DNA of 64,000 nt, from the NCBI GenBank assembly GCA_963819925.1, contig CAWFYG010000005.1, positions 381,849 to 445,848 on the forward strand, read 5' to 3'. The notes below the pieces were generated by a model, which saw nothing but the letters and a program-made list of their open reading frames with translations, was not told the DNA's origin and did not search any database. Shown here one piece after another: positions 51,233-61,103 of this stretch. How positions within the stretch are numbered: the stretch's first letter is position 1; every line of letters starts with the position of its first letter. This stretch comes from an uncultured Chitinophagaceae bacterium (GTDB lineage Bacteria; Bacteroidota; Bacteroidia; Chitinophagales; Chitinophagaceae). Made by a program: the position numbers and the translations under genes.

Positions 51233-52078
51233 ATGATAAAACCAGGTGAATATAATGTGCTGAAGGTAATTAAAGAAAAGTCCATAGGTGTATTTCTTGA
51301 TGATGGAGATAAGGGCATTTTGTTACCGAAACGTTTCATGCCGGCAGGGACAAAAATCGGGGATGAGTTGAAAGTCTTTTTATATCATGATGGAGAAGAT
51401 AGAATTATTGCAACAACCCAGCAGCCCTTTGGTACATTGGGCGATATTGTAAAATTAAAAGCGGTAAATACCACGCCGCAGGGTGCTTTTCTTGATTGGG
51501 GTTTGATGAAAGATTTATTTATGCCACGAAGCAAACAAGTAAGTTTTGTGCGCACAAACGGAGAGTACCTTGTAAAAATAATGCTTGATCAGCAAACCGG
51601 AAGATTGTATGCAAACGAAAAACTGGAGCCATTTCTTTCCAATAAGGAGATTACGGTAAAAGAACTGGAATTGGTGGATCTAATGGTATATCGTAAGAGC
51701 GATTTGGGTTATGTTGTAATTATTAATAACCGGCATACAGGGTTACTATATTTTAACGAAGTATACCGACCCGTTGCGATTGGCAACCGTTTTGAGGGAT
51801 TTATAAAAAAAATATATCCTGAAAATGAAGAAGGCGATTTTATGATTGATGTTGCTGTGGGTAAGCCCGGCTACGATCGGGTAGAAGATGAAAGTGCCAA
51901 AGTGTTACGCTTATTGCAGGAAAGCGGAGGCTATCTTCCTTACCATGATAAATCTTTGCCGGAAGATATTTATTCGTTCTTCAGCATGAGCAAAAAAACT
52001 TTTAAAATGACTATTGGAAAATTATACAAAGAAAGGAAAATTGAATTTACACAAACAGGTATAAAACTAGTTGAATAA
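51233..52078 (+). CDS. cvfB: CvfB-like S1 RNA-binding domain protein
   Basis: ILLPKRF, VFLYHD, GAFLDWGLMKDLF, HTGLLY, SKKTFKMTIGKLYK; -7 box TACCTTTG at 51202-51209; start placed at ATG 51233. Confidence 0.88.
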   Translation: MIKPGEYNVLKVIKEKSIGVFLDDGDKGILLPKRFMPAGTKIGDELKVFLYHDGEDRIIATTQQPFGTLGDIVKLKAVNTTPQGAFLDWGLMKDLFMPRSKQVSFVRTNGEYLVKIMLDQQTGRLYANEKLEPFLSNKEITVKELELVDLMVYRKSDLGYVVIINNRHTGLLYFNEVYRPVAIGNRFEGFIKKIYPENEEGDFMIDVAVGKPGYDRVEDESAKVLRLLQESGGYLPYHDKSLPEDIYSFFSMSKKTFKMTIGKLYKERKIEFTQTGIKLVE

Positions 52079-52101
52079 ATTTTTAAGAAGAATCGTGTTG
52101 T

Positions 52102-52134
52102 AAGCAAAACCCGGTTGCACACCGGGTTTTGCTT
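52102..52134. terminator. Bidirectional intrinsic terminator
   Basis: AAGCAAAACCCGGT / ACCGGGTTTTGCTT 14-bp stem between convergent genes. Confidence 0.8.
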
Positions 52135-52143
52135 TAATATTTT

Positions 52144-53013
52144 CTACCTGGTAGCTGTTCCATTCGGGAAAGAAAGATTTGCTGAAAGGTCATATGTTGT
52201 ATGATCCATTGCAGAAGCCGGAATATCCCCAACCAGTGGTTTCAGACTTCCAAATGGTTCAGGACTATTGTCTGGTGAAGGTTCAATGGTGACAACAGCT
52301 TTACCTCCTGAGAGATCAAGGGGAAACGTCATTCCTGAGGGAGCATTTAAAAGAAAATCTTCACCAGGAAATGGCGGACCTGCCATTCCTGCGCTAAATG
52401 GAGCCGATTCATCTGGCATGGCCGGATCACTAAATTTACCCGTGGTAAGAGGAACCCCTCCTGTAACGGCCCAACCTTCGTATTTCCATCCTGCAGGCAA
52501 TGCAGGTAAGGTTAATCCTGCTGCAGGGCTGCCGCCTGACAGGTCGATAAACCAAAGACCACTGTTTTCATCAGTACTAACATCATCAGTTGGAGTAGCC
52601 AATACATATTTTCCTGCAGCGGCACTAAAATCATCGCCTAATGCCTTACTATCTGCGATAGAAATGTTTGCGGTAGATCCGGAAAATGAACCGGCAAGAA
52701 TATGGGTTGAAGAAGGAGCGGGGTCACTATCCGGAGAAGGTTCTATGGTCAGCACAAAATCAGTGGCATTAGCAAGATTGGTTCTGTCAACAGTAAAAGA
52801 TGATGCCGATAAATTGCCCGATGCGTCCACACTAAACGTTCCTGTAGAAATCGGGTTGCCATTTACAATTATCCATCCTTCATACTTAAATCCTGAACCA
52901 AGATCGGTAAGACCTGTTATATTCAGATTGAGCATCTTAGTAGAAGGTAAATGATTCTTTTTGCAGGAAACAAAAAGAAATAATAATAAAACAAAAGGAA
53001 TTAATTTTTTCAT
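52144..53013 (-). CDS. Lipoprotein with duplicated RskA-C-like (anti-sigma-K) domains
   Basis: Lipobox LFVSC; two copies of YEGW...STG.FS...TIEPSPD. Confidence 0.7.
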   Translation of the reverse strand: MKKLIPFVLLLFLFVSCKKNHLPSTKMLNLNITGLTDLGSGFKYEGWIIVNGNPISTGTFSVDASGNLSASSFTVDRTNLANATDFVLTIEPSPDSDPAPSSTHILAGSFSGSTANISIADSKALGDDFSAAAGKYVLATPTDDVSTDENSGLWFIDLSGGSPAAGLTLPALPAGWKYEGWAVTGGVPLTTGKFSDPAMPDESAPFSAGMAGPPFPGEDFLLNAPSGMTFPLDLSGGKAVVTIEPSPDNSPEPFGSLKPLVGDIPASAMDHTTYDLSANLSFPNGTATR

Positions 53014-53388
53014 GTTATATTGTTTTAGATTAATAAATTAAGACTTCTCAATCGCTTCTATTTTCTTCCTAAGTGACAGTATCCGGCCCTATCCGATTTT
53101 TGCAACGAATTGATGGGTTTATATTTTTCCTGTTAGCCAAATGCCCATAAAATATATACGGATACCGGAGTAAATGGTTGCATGTATTTCAATTTTGTTT
53201 TAATGCTTTAGGAAGTGTATGATCGTCATTTCCCGGCTAACGTTCAATACAATTAGTTGCGTGTTATTTTGTCTTCATAGTGGACCTGCAAAAGATAAAG
53301 GCAGTTTACATCCAAATGGTGTGGATCAAAAACACAATAATTTTCTTTTGAATTTTTCGTAATCCAATAGCCTTTTGTAAATTTATTT

Positions 53389-53955
53389 ATGAATACAATT
53401 CGTTTGGCAAGGCCTGAAGATGCTGCTTTGGTTCTCGCTATTTATACACCTTATATTGTCAATTCTGCTTTTACTTTTGAGACAGAGGTTCCGTCAACAG
53501 AAAATTTTGCACATAGAATAATTGCCTACCAGGAAAACTGGCCCTGGTTAGTTTGCGAAACAAATGGAATTATTTCGGGCTACGCCTATGCTACCAAACA
53601 TCGTGAAAGAGCCGCCTACCAATGGTGCGTTGAAAGTTCAGTTTATATTAATAATGATTACCACCACAGAGGCATTGGCAAAGCATTATATACAACCTTG
53701 TTTAAAATATTACAATTCCAGGGCTGCCGTAATGTGTATGCGGGTATAACTCTACCTAACGAAAAAAGTGTTGCGTTCCACAAAAGTTTTGGCTTTAAGT
53801 GGCTGGCTGATTATAAAAACATTGGTTATAAACTTGATAAATGGAATACCGTTAGTTGGTGGGAGTTGCAGTTGAATGATCATTCCGATGATCCTGCAGC
53901 ACCTATAAAATTTCCTGACGTGGATATTGCTTTCCTCAATACAATTTTAGGATAA
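53389..53955 (+). CDS. GNAT N-acetyltransferase, Pat/ArsN1 (phosphinothricin acetyltransferase-like)
   Basis: IYTPYI, TFETEVP, YAYATKHRERAAYQW, GITLPNEKSVAFH, IGYK. Confidence 0.9.
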   Translation: MNTIRLARPEDAALVLAIYTPYIVNSAFTFETEVPSTENFAHRIIAYQENWPWLVCETNGIISGYAYATKHRERAAYQWCVESSVYINNDYHHRGIGKALYTTLFKILQFQGCRNVYAGITLPNEKSVAFHKSFGFKWLADYKNIGYKLDKWNTVSWWELQLNDHSDDPAAPIKFPDVDIAFLNTILG

Positions 53956-54188
53956 CGGTGTGTTTTAAACTTGTTGAAGTTAATTATTATGATTAATTTC
54001 CATGATTGGATTTCATTAATATTTTCCCTTTTCGTTTCCCTTACGATTTGCTGCTAGCTTAATTTTTTTGTGTTATTAATCCCGCACTATTTAGCTTCCC
54101 GTGAAATTATTTCATTGAGAAGATACGGTTGCAAACTTGTGCTGGCATCTATACTATTATTTAACCTTCATCACTAAAACTTTAAAAA

Positions 54189-54980
54189 ATGAAAAAGAGA
54201 ATTTATTTCAAAAGATTACCAATTATGTTTTTTATTATGGCCATCATGCTGGGTTCATTCAATTCCATTAAGGCGCAGGATATCACTACTTATCAATACC
54301 GGCATGTGGCTCCCGACAAAGTAGCTGAATTTATAAAAAGGGAAACTACCTACTGGAGCAAAGTAGCACGGAAAGCGATCGATGACGGAAAAATGAGTTT
54401 TTGGGCGCTTTTGGAAAAAGTAGGTGGTACAGATATGGGAACTGCATCAAACTATATGTTTGTAAATTCTTTTCCTGATATCAATGCAGATCTTAGTAAG
54501 GTTTTTGATCCCACAAAACTATTCCCCGGAATACCCATTTCCAAAATAGAAACTAACTCAATCAGCACAACAACCGGCGAAGTATTTATAATGAATAATG
54601 CATGGGTGCAGGCCGCAAATGCTGTACCTGACAAAGATTTTAATTATGTACTGTTTAACTACCATAACTCATCAGACCCTGGTCAATTTAACGCGATAGA
54701 AAAAAACAACTGGGGACCATTTATTAAGACTACGATGGATAATAACCAGGTAGATCAGAAAGCATGGGGCAATTCCATTGTATTGTCGCCTACCGGAGGC
54801 AACATGAAATTTAATTGTTTATCGGTTGACCTTTATTCAAATTTAAAATCGGCGCTAAATCCAACATGGAGTTCCAATGTTACATTTCCTACTACGGCGC
54901 TTGATTCACTTCAAAAAATATCCCTGGATCCGCCCGCAAGGATTTTATATAGGATTGTAAAAGTGGAAGCCAAAAAATAA
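54189..54980 (+). CDS. Exported hypothetical protein with two NIPSNAP-like halves
   Basis: Signal peptide ending IKAQ; two similar beta-alpha-beta units. Confidence 0.7.
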   Translation: MKKRIYFKRLPIMFFIMAIMLGSFNSIKAQDITTYQYRHVAPDKVAEFIKRETTYWSKVARKAIDDGKMSFWALLEKVGGTDMGTASNYMFVNSFPDINADLSKVFDPTKLFPGIPISKIETNSISTTTGEVFIMNNAWVQAANAVPDKDFNYVLFNYHNSSDPGQFNAIEKNNWGPFIKTTMDNNQVDQKAWGNSIVLSPTGGNMKFNCLSVDLYSNLKSALNPTWSSNVTFPTTALDSLQKISLDPPARILYRIVKVEAKK

Positions 54981-54993
54981 GGTCGTATAAAAT

Positions 54994-55026
54994 AAAAAAC
55001 CTGGTTATGGAATAACCAGGTTTTTT
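54994..55026. terminator. Bidirectional intrinsic terminator
   Basis: AAAAAACCTGGTTAT / ATAACCAGGTTTTTT perfect 15-bp stem between convergent genes. Confidence 0.82.
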
Positions 55027-55084
55027 CTACATGCTTACTTTAAAATGTAGCATCATAATACTGCAATTGTTTTTATTTGAATGT

Positions 55085-55528
55085 TTACGATAAGCCAGCA
55101 ATAATATTATTAGAACTCTTTAATTTTTGAGAGTTGGAATTGATTGTGTATGATATCACTTCCCTCTTTTTATTTTTTTTGTTATAAAAAACATAAGATA
55201 TGGCTAATACTGCAAAAGCAATTAGCGGTACAATAACGAGAGATCCAAAGCCATCCACAACCCAGTGAGAAATAGCTGCACAGAGAAAATCAATTCCAAA
55301 ACCTGCATAAGCCCATTCTTTGTACCTGCCCTTTATAAAAGGTAAAATCAATGCCAAAGCTCCAACTACTTTAAAAAATGTAAGCATTACTCTAAAATAA
55401 TCGGGATACTGTAAATGACTGATACCTTGTCTTGCCAATTCAGTATTGGATGTTAATGCAGGAATGAGACCATCAAATAAAACAATAAGGATGGTTGTTG
55501 TCCAGTAAATAATTTTTGTAGTTTTCAT
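55085..55528 (-). CDS. DoxX family membrane protein
   Basis: IIYWTTT, HLQYPDYF, KEWAYAGF. Confidence 0.9.
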   Translation of the reverse strand: MKTTKIIYWTTTILIVLFDGLIPALTSNTELARQGISHLQYPDYFRVMLTFFKVVGALALILPFIKGRYKEWAYAGFGIDFLCAAISHWVVDGFGSLVIVPLIAFAVLAISYVFYNKKNKKREVISYTINSNSQKLKSSNNIIAGLS

Positions 55529-55934
55529 TGCTAATTTTTTTAATGGTTTATAACTTACTTTACTGGTGTAAAATTATATCGCTCATCCTTTTTCAATGAT
55601 GTGCAAAAGCGACATTGTAAGGGATAAAAGCGACAAGGATTTTATCAGGCAATATTTTAAATGTTGTTTACTTATGTGTTGAATAAATTTCTCATGTTAC
55701 GATATATTGAAAGAACGTACTAAGAAAATCGCTATTTTTTTTTTGGCAATCGTGTTTTGAATAATTGTCGCTACGGCATAGAAAAATTCACAAATAAATA
55801 ATCCGATAACACTGCCATAATAATGGGCTGGCATGTAAATTGTGATACCAGTATTGTTTCAATTAAAATCAACATATACAGGAGAGGATACAATTCTTTC
55901 CCGCAAATTTTTAAGGGTCTTAAAACAAGTGTAT

Positions 55935-55961
55935 AAATCCCAAACGTAACGTTTGGGATTT
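55935..55961 (-). terminator. Intrinsic terminator
   Basis: AAATCCCAAACG / CGTTTGGGATTT 12-bp stem. Confidence 0.65.
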
Positions 55962-56020
55962 TTGCATGTCCGTATCGTGGTCAGTAAAACAAACCTTTAT
56001 GCATCAAATAGAACTGAAAG

Positions 56021-58024
56021 CTAATCCCTCTCCTTTACAAAAATCAAGCGGCTTAATAAAAAATTATTGGATGTGGCACTGGTCTTAAACTGAACGGTGA
56101 TGGATTGGTTAAACTCATCAATGATGATGTCTCCTGTATATAACATTGGCATACGTTCTTCCTGGCCTTGTTTGCCTGTATTAATCCATTCAGAAATTTT
56201 TGATTGACCTTGCCATAAAGAAAATTCACATCCTTTTGCATCCCCGGTAATATCAACATATAATTTATACCTGCCATCCGGAATTTCATCAAGGTTAATT
56301 TTTAATCTTGATTCGTCTGTCGCAGTAAAAGTAAAACTCTCTCCCCCGGTATTATACATCCATGATGCTTTACACGCAATGTTATCCCAAACAGAAAAAT
56401 TCATCAACTGCGGATACATGATCATTGTGTCAGGAATATACACTGAACTTAATTCATTGGAAGGCTTAAGAAAATATTGCGGCGGAATATCACAATAATA
56501 AAATGCCAGAGAAGTATAATCAACAGGTATATTATTATCTACAGGACCATGTTCAATGCTTTCATAAATATTTTTTTCAAATGAAATTTTGTCTCCCATA
56601 TAAAAACGATATCCGCCGGTTCTGCAAAATGGAAGGGAATAATCAAGTGAACCATGTAGTGGCAGGCTCATTTTTTTACTCCACCTGTCAGGAAATGCAT
56701 ACCATCCTCCGTTAAAATAATCTTCAGATCCGGTCCCGTGTATGCGAAACGTATTATCAGTTGCAGTAGAATCATCGCCTTCAAAAAAGTAAGTCATGCC
56801 GGGCTGCATTCCCTGCGCCAACAATAGGGAACCTATATAGTGGCCTTTACCTTTTATGTTTAGAAAAATATGTGCTGGTGCGTTTGCCAATAATTTGTTA
56901 CTATTCCAGGATGTATAGAATTTTCCTTCTTTCTTAATATCTCTTTTTTCATTTGAATAAATTACAGTTGCATTTATTTGTAATGGTTTATTAACCGACG
57001 AAAGATTTTTTCTGTAAATCAGTTCTATTCTTGCACTTTTATCAAATGGCATCGGAAGCCAGCAATAATTTTTGTCGTCCCTTGTTCCGAGCAATAAACT
57101 TCGCATGGAAACCTTACCGAATGCATATCCAAAAAAATCCGCCGCGGGGCAATATGCAGCAGGGGTTGGCTCGCCGTCCCACGTAATTCTAATATCGACC
57201 TGTTTTTGCAAATTCTCAAAAATGACTGGGTTATCAAACATTATTTTTATTATTCTGCCACCTTCCTGGGTGCTGAATATTGTTTTGGTTTCGCCGGGCA
57301 GCAACATTATAGTTTTGGAATCAGTTATAAATTTTTTTTCATTCGAATAAAAATCTTTAACTGTATGCTCTTTTTCACGCCATAAATCCACGATTTTTTT
57401 CAATGATGTTTTCTCTTCTTCATTTAGGTTGGTTGAAAATTTTTCAACTGTAGTTCCCTGTGGATAAAGCCTGTATTGTATTTGATGAAACTGAGTTTGT
57501 TTCGCCCTGCAAATAATTTTGCAATGAGTTTGAAAAGGGATTGGCAAATAACAGTAAAAGCCGCCCAATTCGTTACCACATAGTGGGTGTATAAATGGAA
57601 AGATCTTGTCGGAAAAGAGGTCAATGTATTTTATAGAGAAAGAGGGACTTAATGAATCATCGATATAAAAATCAAGTGTATCATCCGTTGGAGTTGGTGT
57701 CCAAATACGGTTAATTACACCGGGACCGTTTATATCAAAAATAACCAGGTTACTGTCTTTATCCTTTCTTATAAAAGAATAAGTACCGTTAAATCCGTCG
57801 TTATTGCCTCCTGTGGTATCATAGGTTGAAGTTTGTGCAACAATTGTATTGTTAAGATATTGAGGCAGAAGCGAAATATCGTAATACGAACGCAATTGTT
57901 GTTCTAAAGAAACAACCCGCTGTTTACTGCTGATCTCGAAATTTTTTTGTGAATGGGATGCTTTAGCGAAAATAAAAACAAACAGAATTAATGATAAAAA
58001 TCGAGTCGCAGTCCGGAATTGCAT
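56021..58024 (-). CDS. DUF2961 / GH172 family protein
   Basis: STYDTTGGNNDG, GPGVINRIW, ITWDGE, FFEGDD, GTGSEDYFNGGW, SIEHG. Confidence 0.88.
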   Translation of the reverse strand: MQFRTATRFLSLILFVFIFAKASHSQKNFEISSKQRVVSLEQQLRSYYDISLLPQYLNNTIVAQTSTYDTTGGNNDGFNGTYSFIRKDKDSNLVIFDINGPGVINRIWTPTPTDDTLDFYIDDSLSPSFSIKYIDLFSDKIFPFIHPLCGNELGGFYCYLPIPFQTHCKIICRAKQTQFHQIQYRLYPQGTTVEKFSTNLNEEEKTSLKKIVDLWREKEHTVKDFYSNEKKFITDSKTIMLLPGETKTIFSTQEGGRIIKIMFDNPVIFENLQKQVDIRITWDGEPTPAAYCPAADFFGYAFGKVSMRSLLLGTRDDKNYCWLPMPFDKSARIELIYRKNLSSVNKPLQINATVIYSNEKRDIKKEGKFYTSWNSNKLLANAPAHIFLNIKGKGHYIGSLLLAQGMQPGMTYFFEGDDSTATDNTFRIHGTGSEDYFNGGWYAFPDRWSKKMSLPLHGSLDYSLPFCRTGGYRFYMGDKISFEKNIYESIEHGPVDNNIPVDYTSLAFYYCDIPPQYFLKPSNELSSVYIPDTMIMYPQLMNFSVWDNIACKASWMYNTGGESFTFTATDESRLKINLDEIPDGRYKLYVDITGDAKGCEFSLWQGQSKISEWINTGKQGQEERMPMLYTGDIIIDEFNQSITVQFKTSATSNNFLLSRLIFVKERD

Positions 58025-58416
58025 AATGGTCGTTTGTTATTTTAAATTACGCCGTATTCCCGCCAGAACCAAATCGTTATTACTAAATCTGCAATGTCCT
58101 ATCAACTATAATATGGAAACGAATAATCCGGTTCTTTCGTCTATTCAAAAGGCTACAAGTATAGAAAATTTTTGATTAAAAGAATGAAATGGTTAATCCA
58201 AAATACTTTTAAACGAAATTATTGCGTTGTTTAAGAGGGTCAATCAAAAATATAAAACCCAGTCGCGACCGTTTGATCTCATTTTTTGATTTTTCCCAGG
58301 TTTTTCCCATTTCAGGCAGGCTTTTATATTGTTGATATTGAATACGGAAGGGTAGAGAAATTCCTACTTGCTTATAAAGATTATATTATATATTTTAGAA
58401 TTGTAAAAATCCAATT

Positions 58417-58518
58417 TTGTCAATAATAAAAAAAATCCAGGAATACCCCGATGTGGTTTTAATTGTGCTGGCAGTTATAACCATCTTCACTATAATTTAC
58501 ATGTTGCATAATTTGTAA
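58417..58518 (+). CDS. Candidate 33-aa single-TM small protein
   Basis: TTG-start ORF MSIIKKIQEYPDVVLIVLAVITIFTIIYMLHNL, translated by hand; below the ORF-track cutoff. Confidence 0.3.
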   Translation: MSIIKKIQEYPDVVLIVLAVITIFTIIYMLHNL

Positions 58519-58587
58519 AATTCACTATCCAACGCAATCATTTCTTTTTATATAATTACCCGTTCTTATGTTGCCTACAGGAGTGTG

Positions 58588-60969
58588 TCAGTTGTGGCTT
58601 ATTTCTTTTACTAATTTTACCGCTTTGCTTTCTTTTATTCCATCAATTTTATTATACAATATTGAAACACGAAGCGCCTTAAGTCCCGTCATTCCCTGCA
58701 GATCTTTGATTGTCAACGATTCAATTTCAGGGCCAATGTAATTGATGAATTGCAGATATTGAAGATAGTTCATGTATTCTTTTGCTTCCCCTTCGTTGGA
58801 ATAAATTATAGCGATTTTCCCGGCTTGGGTAAGCCTTTCACCAGATTCCTTTATAGAGGCTTTATCAATTCTTTTCTTTACAATTTCATAACGGGCATTG
58901 TAGGCTCCGTCAACATCAAATTTCTTTTCCTCCATTCTGAACCGGATACTTAGCGGCTGGCTATGAACCAAAATGAGGGAGCACACATCTAACTGGGTTT
59001 TGAGCTGGGGCTTTAACCGATTAATTTCATTTTCTACTTCACAAATTATCATCAATTGCCACAGGCGAAGGTTTTGAAGATAAAGCTGGTTAAACTTTTT
59101 GTTATTAACCATTGACTGACCAATGTATAAATTATGTTCCACCCCATCAGATTTATATTTCTCGAAATAATGCGGAAACATATTTTGTGCGGCCTGCTGG
59201 GTTTTATCAAGGTATGCTGAAATATTGTCATTAATAAGCTTTACGCTTTCGTCGTAATTTTTGCGCTTTTTGTATAGCAAGCCCAATAACGGGTCCAGTT
59301 GATTTTCATAATGCTGCAATGCTTCATGTATTTCAGTATTTTGGCTGTGCAGGTAATTAAATACGGGATATATTTCTTTTTTAAGAAACTCCAAAACAAC
59401 GTTTTCGTCACCGGCGGATAATTCCTGCCCCAATTGTTTTATATATTTATCGACACGATAGCGGAGATCTTTGTAAACAGGAAGCCCCAATTTTTTAACG
59501 GAAAGATTTAAAATATTTTTCGCAAGAGATAGTTGCTCAATTAAATCTGCCTGTATAGAGAGATTACGTGCAACGGAAGAACCCTGGATATCAGTTTGGC
59601 CGTACAAGGGATATACGTTTGGAAAAACAATATCTTCCATGTTATCGTCATTGCCAGACTTTGACTCCAGAAAGCTTTCTGCTGCTTCAATAAATCGCCA
59701 CGCTACTGTTGAATGAATAGCAGTACATTTTTGGCGGATGATTGCATCGATCTGGTTTTTCATTTCATCCTGCGACCGTTTCATTGCTATGGTAAATAGG
59801 GATATAACTTCCTCCATTTTGTAAACGGTTATGGTATTCAGCGCATTGGTTTCCCGGGAAGCAGTTTCAAGTATCCCTATTAATTCATTGTTATAAAACA
59901 ATGGCATAGCCAGGTAACTTTTAAGTCCCAGCTTTGCAATTTTTTTTACTAATATATTTTCACGATTCCTTTTTTCATCTATGTCTTGAAAAACAAGATG
60001 TTGATTTTTTTCGAACATAAACTGGTTCGACTTATTGCAAAATGCTTCATCAATTTTTATATTCTTCTTGTCTGCCAGCACAATGCTATTTCCGAAACCA
60101 ATTGGTTGTAACACCTCTCTCTCTTTATTGTAAGAAATGAACCCGATTTTCAGATCGGGAATATTTAGCATGGCGCTGAGGTTATCCTGTATTTGTGTAA
60201 TAATATCGGGATTAGTTAAAGAGTCTTTCTTTATTAAGTCAAATTTCAATTCAGAAATCGATTCATCACGGGTTACATCAAAGAGTGTTAATATTGTAAA
60301 ACCTTCAAAACGAAAACTGTTTGGAGGAATTTTTTTCTTCCATAATTCAGTATTCCCAAAGTTATTGGTGAGCTCATATATTTCTTTATCAGAAAGTGGC
60401 TGAACATTAGGCCCGGGAATTATTTCATTAAAATCAGCATTTACAAAAGCCCTGTAGCGGCGAAGGATTTCAGTTTGCTTGTCGCGGATATTAAAAAATA
60501 AATTTGGCGAAAGGCTCACCTTTGCTTTATAGTAAGCATTCAGTATAGTTATACAACTAAAAACGTAAATTAAATCAGAATTGGCTTCCGGGATAAGTAC
60601 ATCGCCTTGGGCTCCATTAAGTATGTTGTCAAAACGTTTTGTCAGATTAAACACAACGGGCCTGAATGGCACTCCTGCCGCCTTAATTTCATTAGTTGTG
60701 GTAAGTGAAGGAAAAAATGGAGATAACAATAAACGAATTTCCTCCTGGTGTTTTTCAATCAGTTCGAAATCATCAAATGCTTTAAAAAGTACCGGGCTCT
60801 TTTCAATTCGTTTTAAAACTTCTTTTGCCCTGTTTGATTCAAAAGGATCAGGAAGTGCTGCCTGTTTTTTCCACCAATCAATTAGCTTTTTAAAATTGAT
60901 TTGCGGTTGAAAAGGCAAATCATAATCATCGGGGAAAAAATTATTTTTATAATATTGAAGATAAGACAT
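58588..60969 (-). CDS. GAF domain-containing protein (large, no recognisable output domain)
   Basis: GAF signature LKSYLAMPLFYNNELIGILE; C-terminal YPLYGQTDI, HYFEKYKSDGVEHNLYIG, FDVDGAYNARYE. Confidence 0.8.
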   Translation of the reverse strand: MSYLQYYKNNFFPDDYDLPFQPQINFKKLIDWWKKQAALPDPFESNRAKEVLKRIEKSPVLFKAFDDFELIEKHQEEIRLLLSPFFPSLTTTNEIKAAGVPFRPVVFNLTKRFDNILNGAQGDVLIPEANSDLIYVFSCITILNAYYKAKVSLSPNLFFNIRDKQTEILRRYRAFVNADFNEIIPGPNVQPLSDKEIYELTNNFGNTELWKKKIPPNSFRFEGFTILTLFDVTRDESISELKFDLIKKDSLTNPDIITQIQDNLSAMLNIPDLKIGFISYNKEREVLQPIGFGNSIVLADKKNIKIDEAFCNKSNQFMFEKNQHLVFQDIDEKRNRENILVKKIAKLGLKSYLAMPLFYNNELIGILETASRETNALNTITVYKMEEVISLFTIAMKRSQDEMKNQIDAIIRQKCTAIHSTVAWRFIEAAESFLESKSGNDDNMEDIVFPNVYPLYGQTDIQGSSVARNLSIQADLIEQLSLAKNILNLSVKKLGLPVYKDLRYRVDKYIKQLGQELSAGDENVVLEFLKKEIYPVFNYLHSQNTEIHEALQHYENQLDPLLGLLYKKRKNYDESVKLINDNISAYLDKTQQAAQNMFPHYFEKYKSDGVEHNLYIGQSMVNNKKFNQLYLQNLRLWQLMIICEVENEINRLKPQLKTQLDVCSLILVHSQPLSIRFRMEEKKFDVDGAYNARYEIVKKRIDKASIKESGERLTQAGKIAIIYSNEGEAKEYMNYLQYLQFINYIGPEIESLTIKDLQGMTGLKALRVSILYNKIDGIKESKAVKLVKEISHN

Positions 60970-61103
60970 AGCGAAAATTTAATAGTTGTTTTACGAATGA
61001 TCAGCATCTACAAGTCAGGGACTAGAATGCAAAATTAAATAAAAGGTGAAAATTGATGCTGCCACCTGTAATATTATGTGGCTATTTATGAAGGGTTGGT
61101 TAA

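Noticed and set aside
52268-52954. 228-aa plus-strand ORF
   Set aside because: Antisense shadow of the lipoprotein gene, favoured by Pro/Gly/Ser-rich codons; no motifs
53014-53388. Short minus-strand frames (MQPFTPVSVYILWAFG; ILSLRKKIEAIEKS) as a gene remnant
   Set aside because: The fragments are short, separated by stops and not assignable to a family
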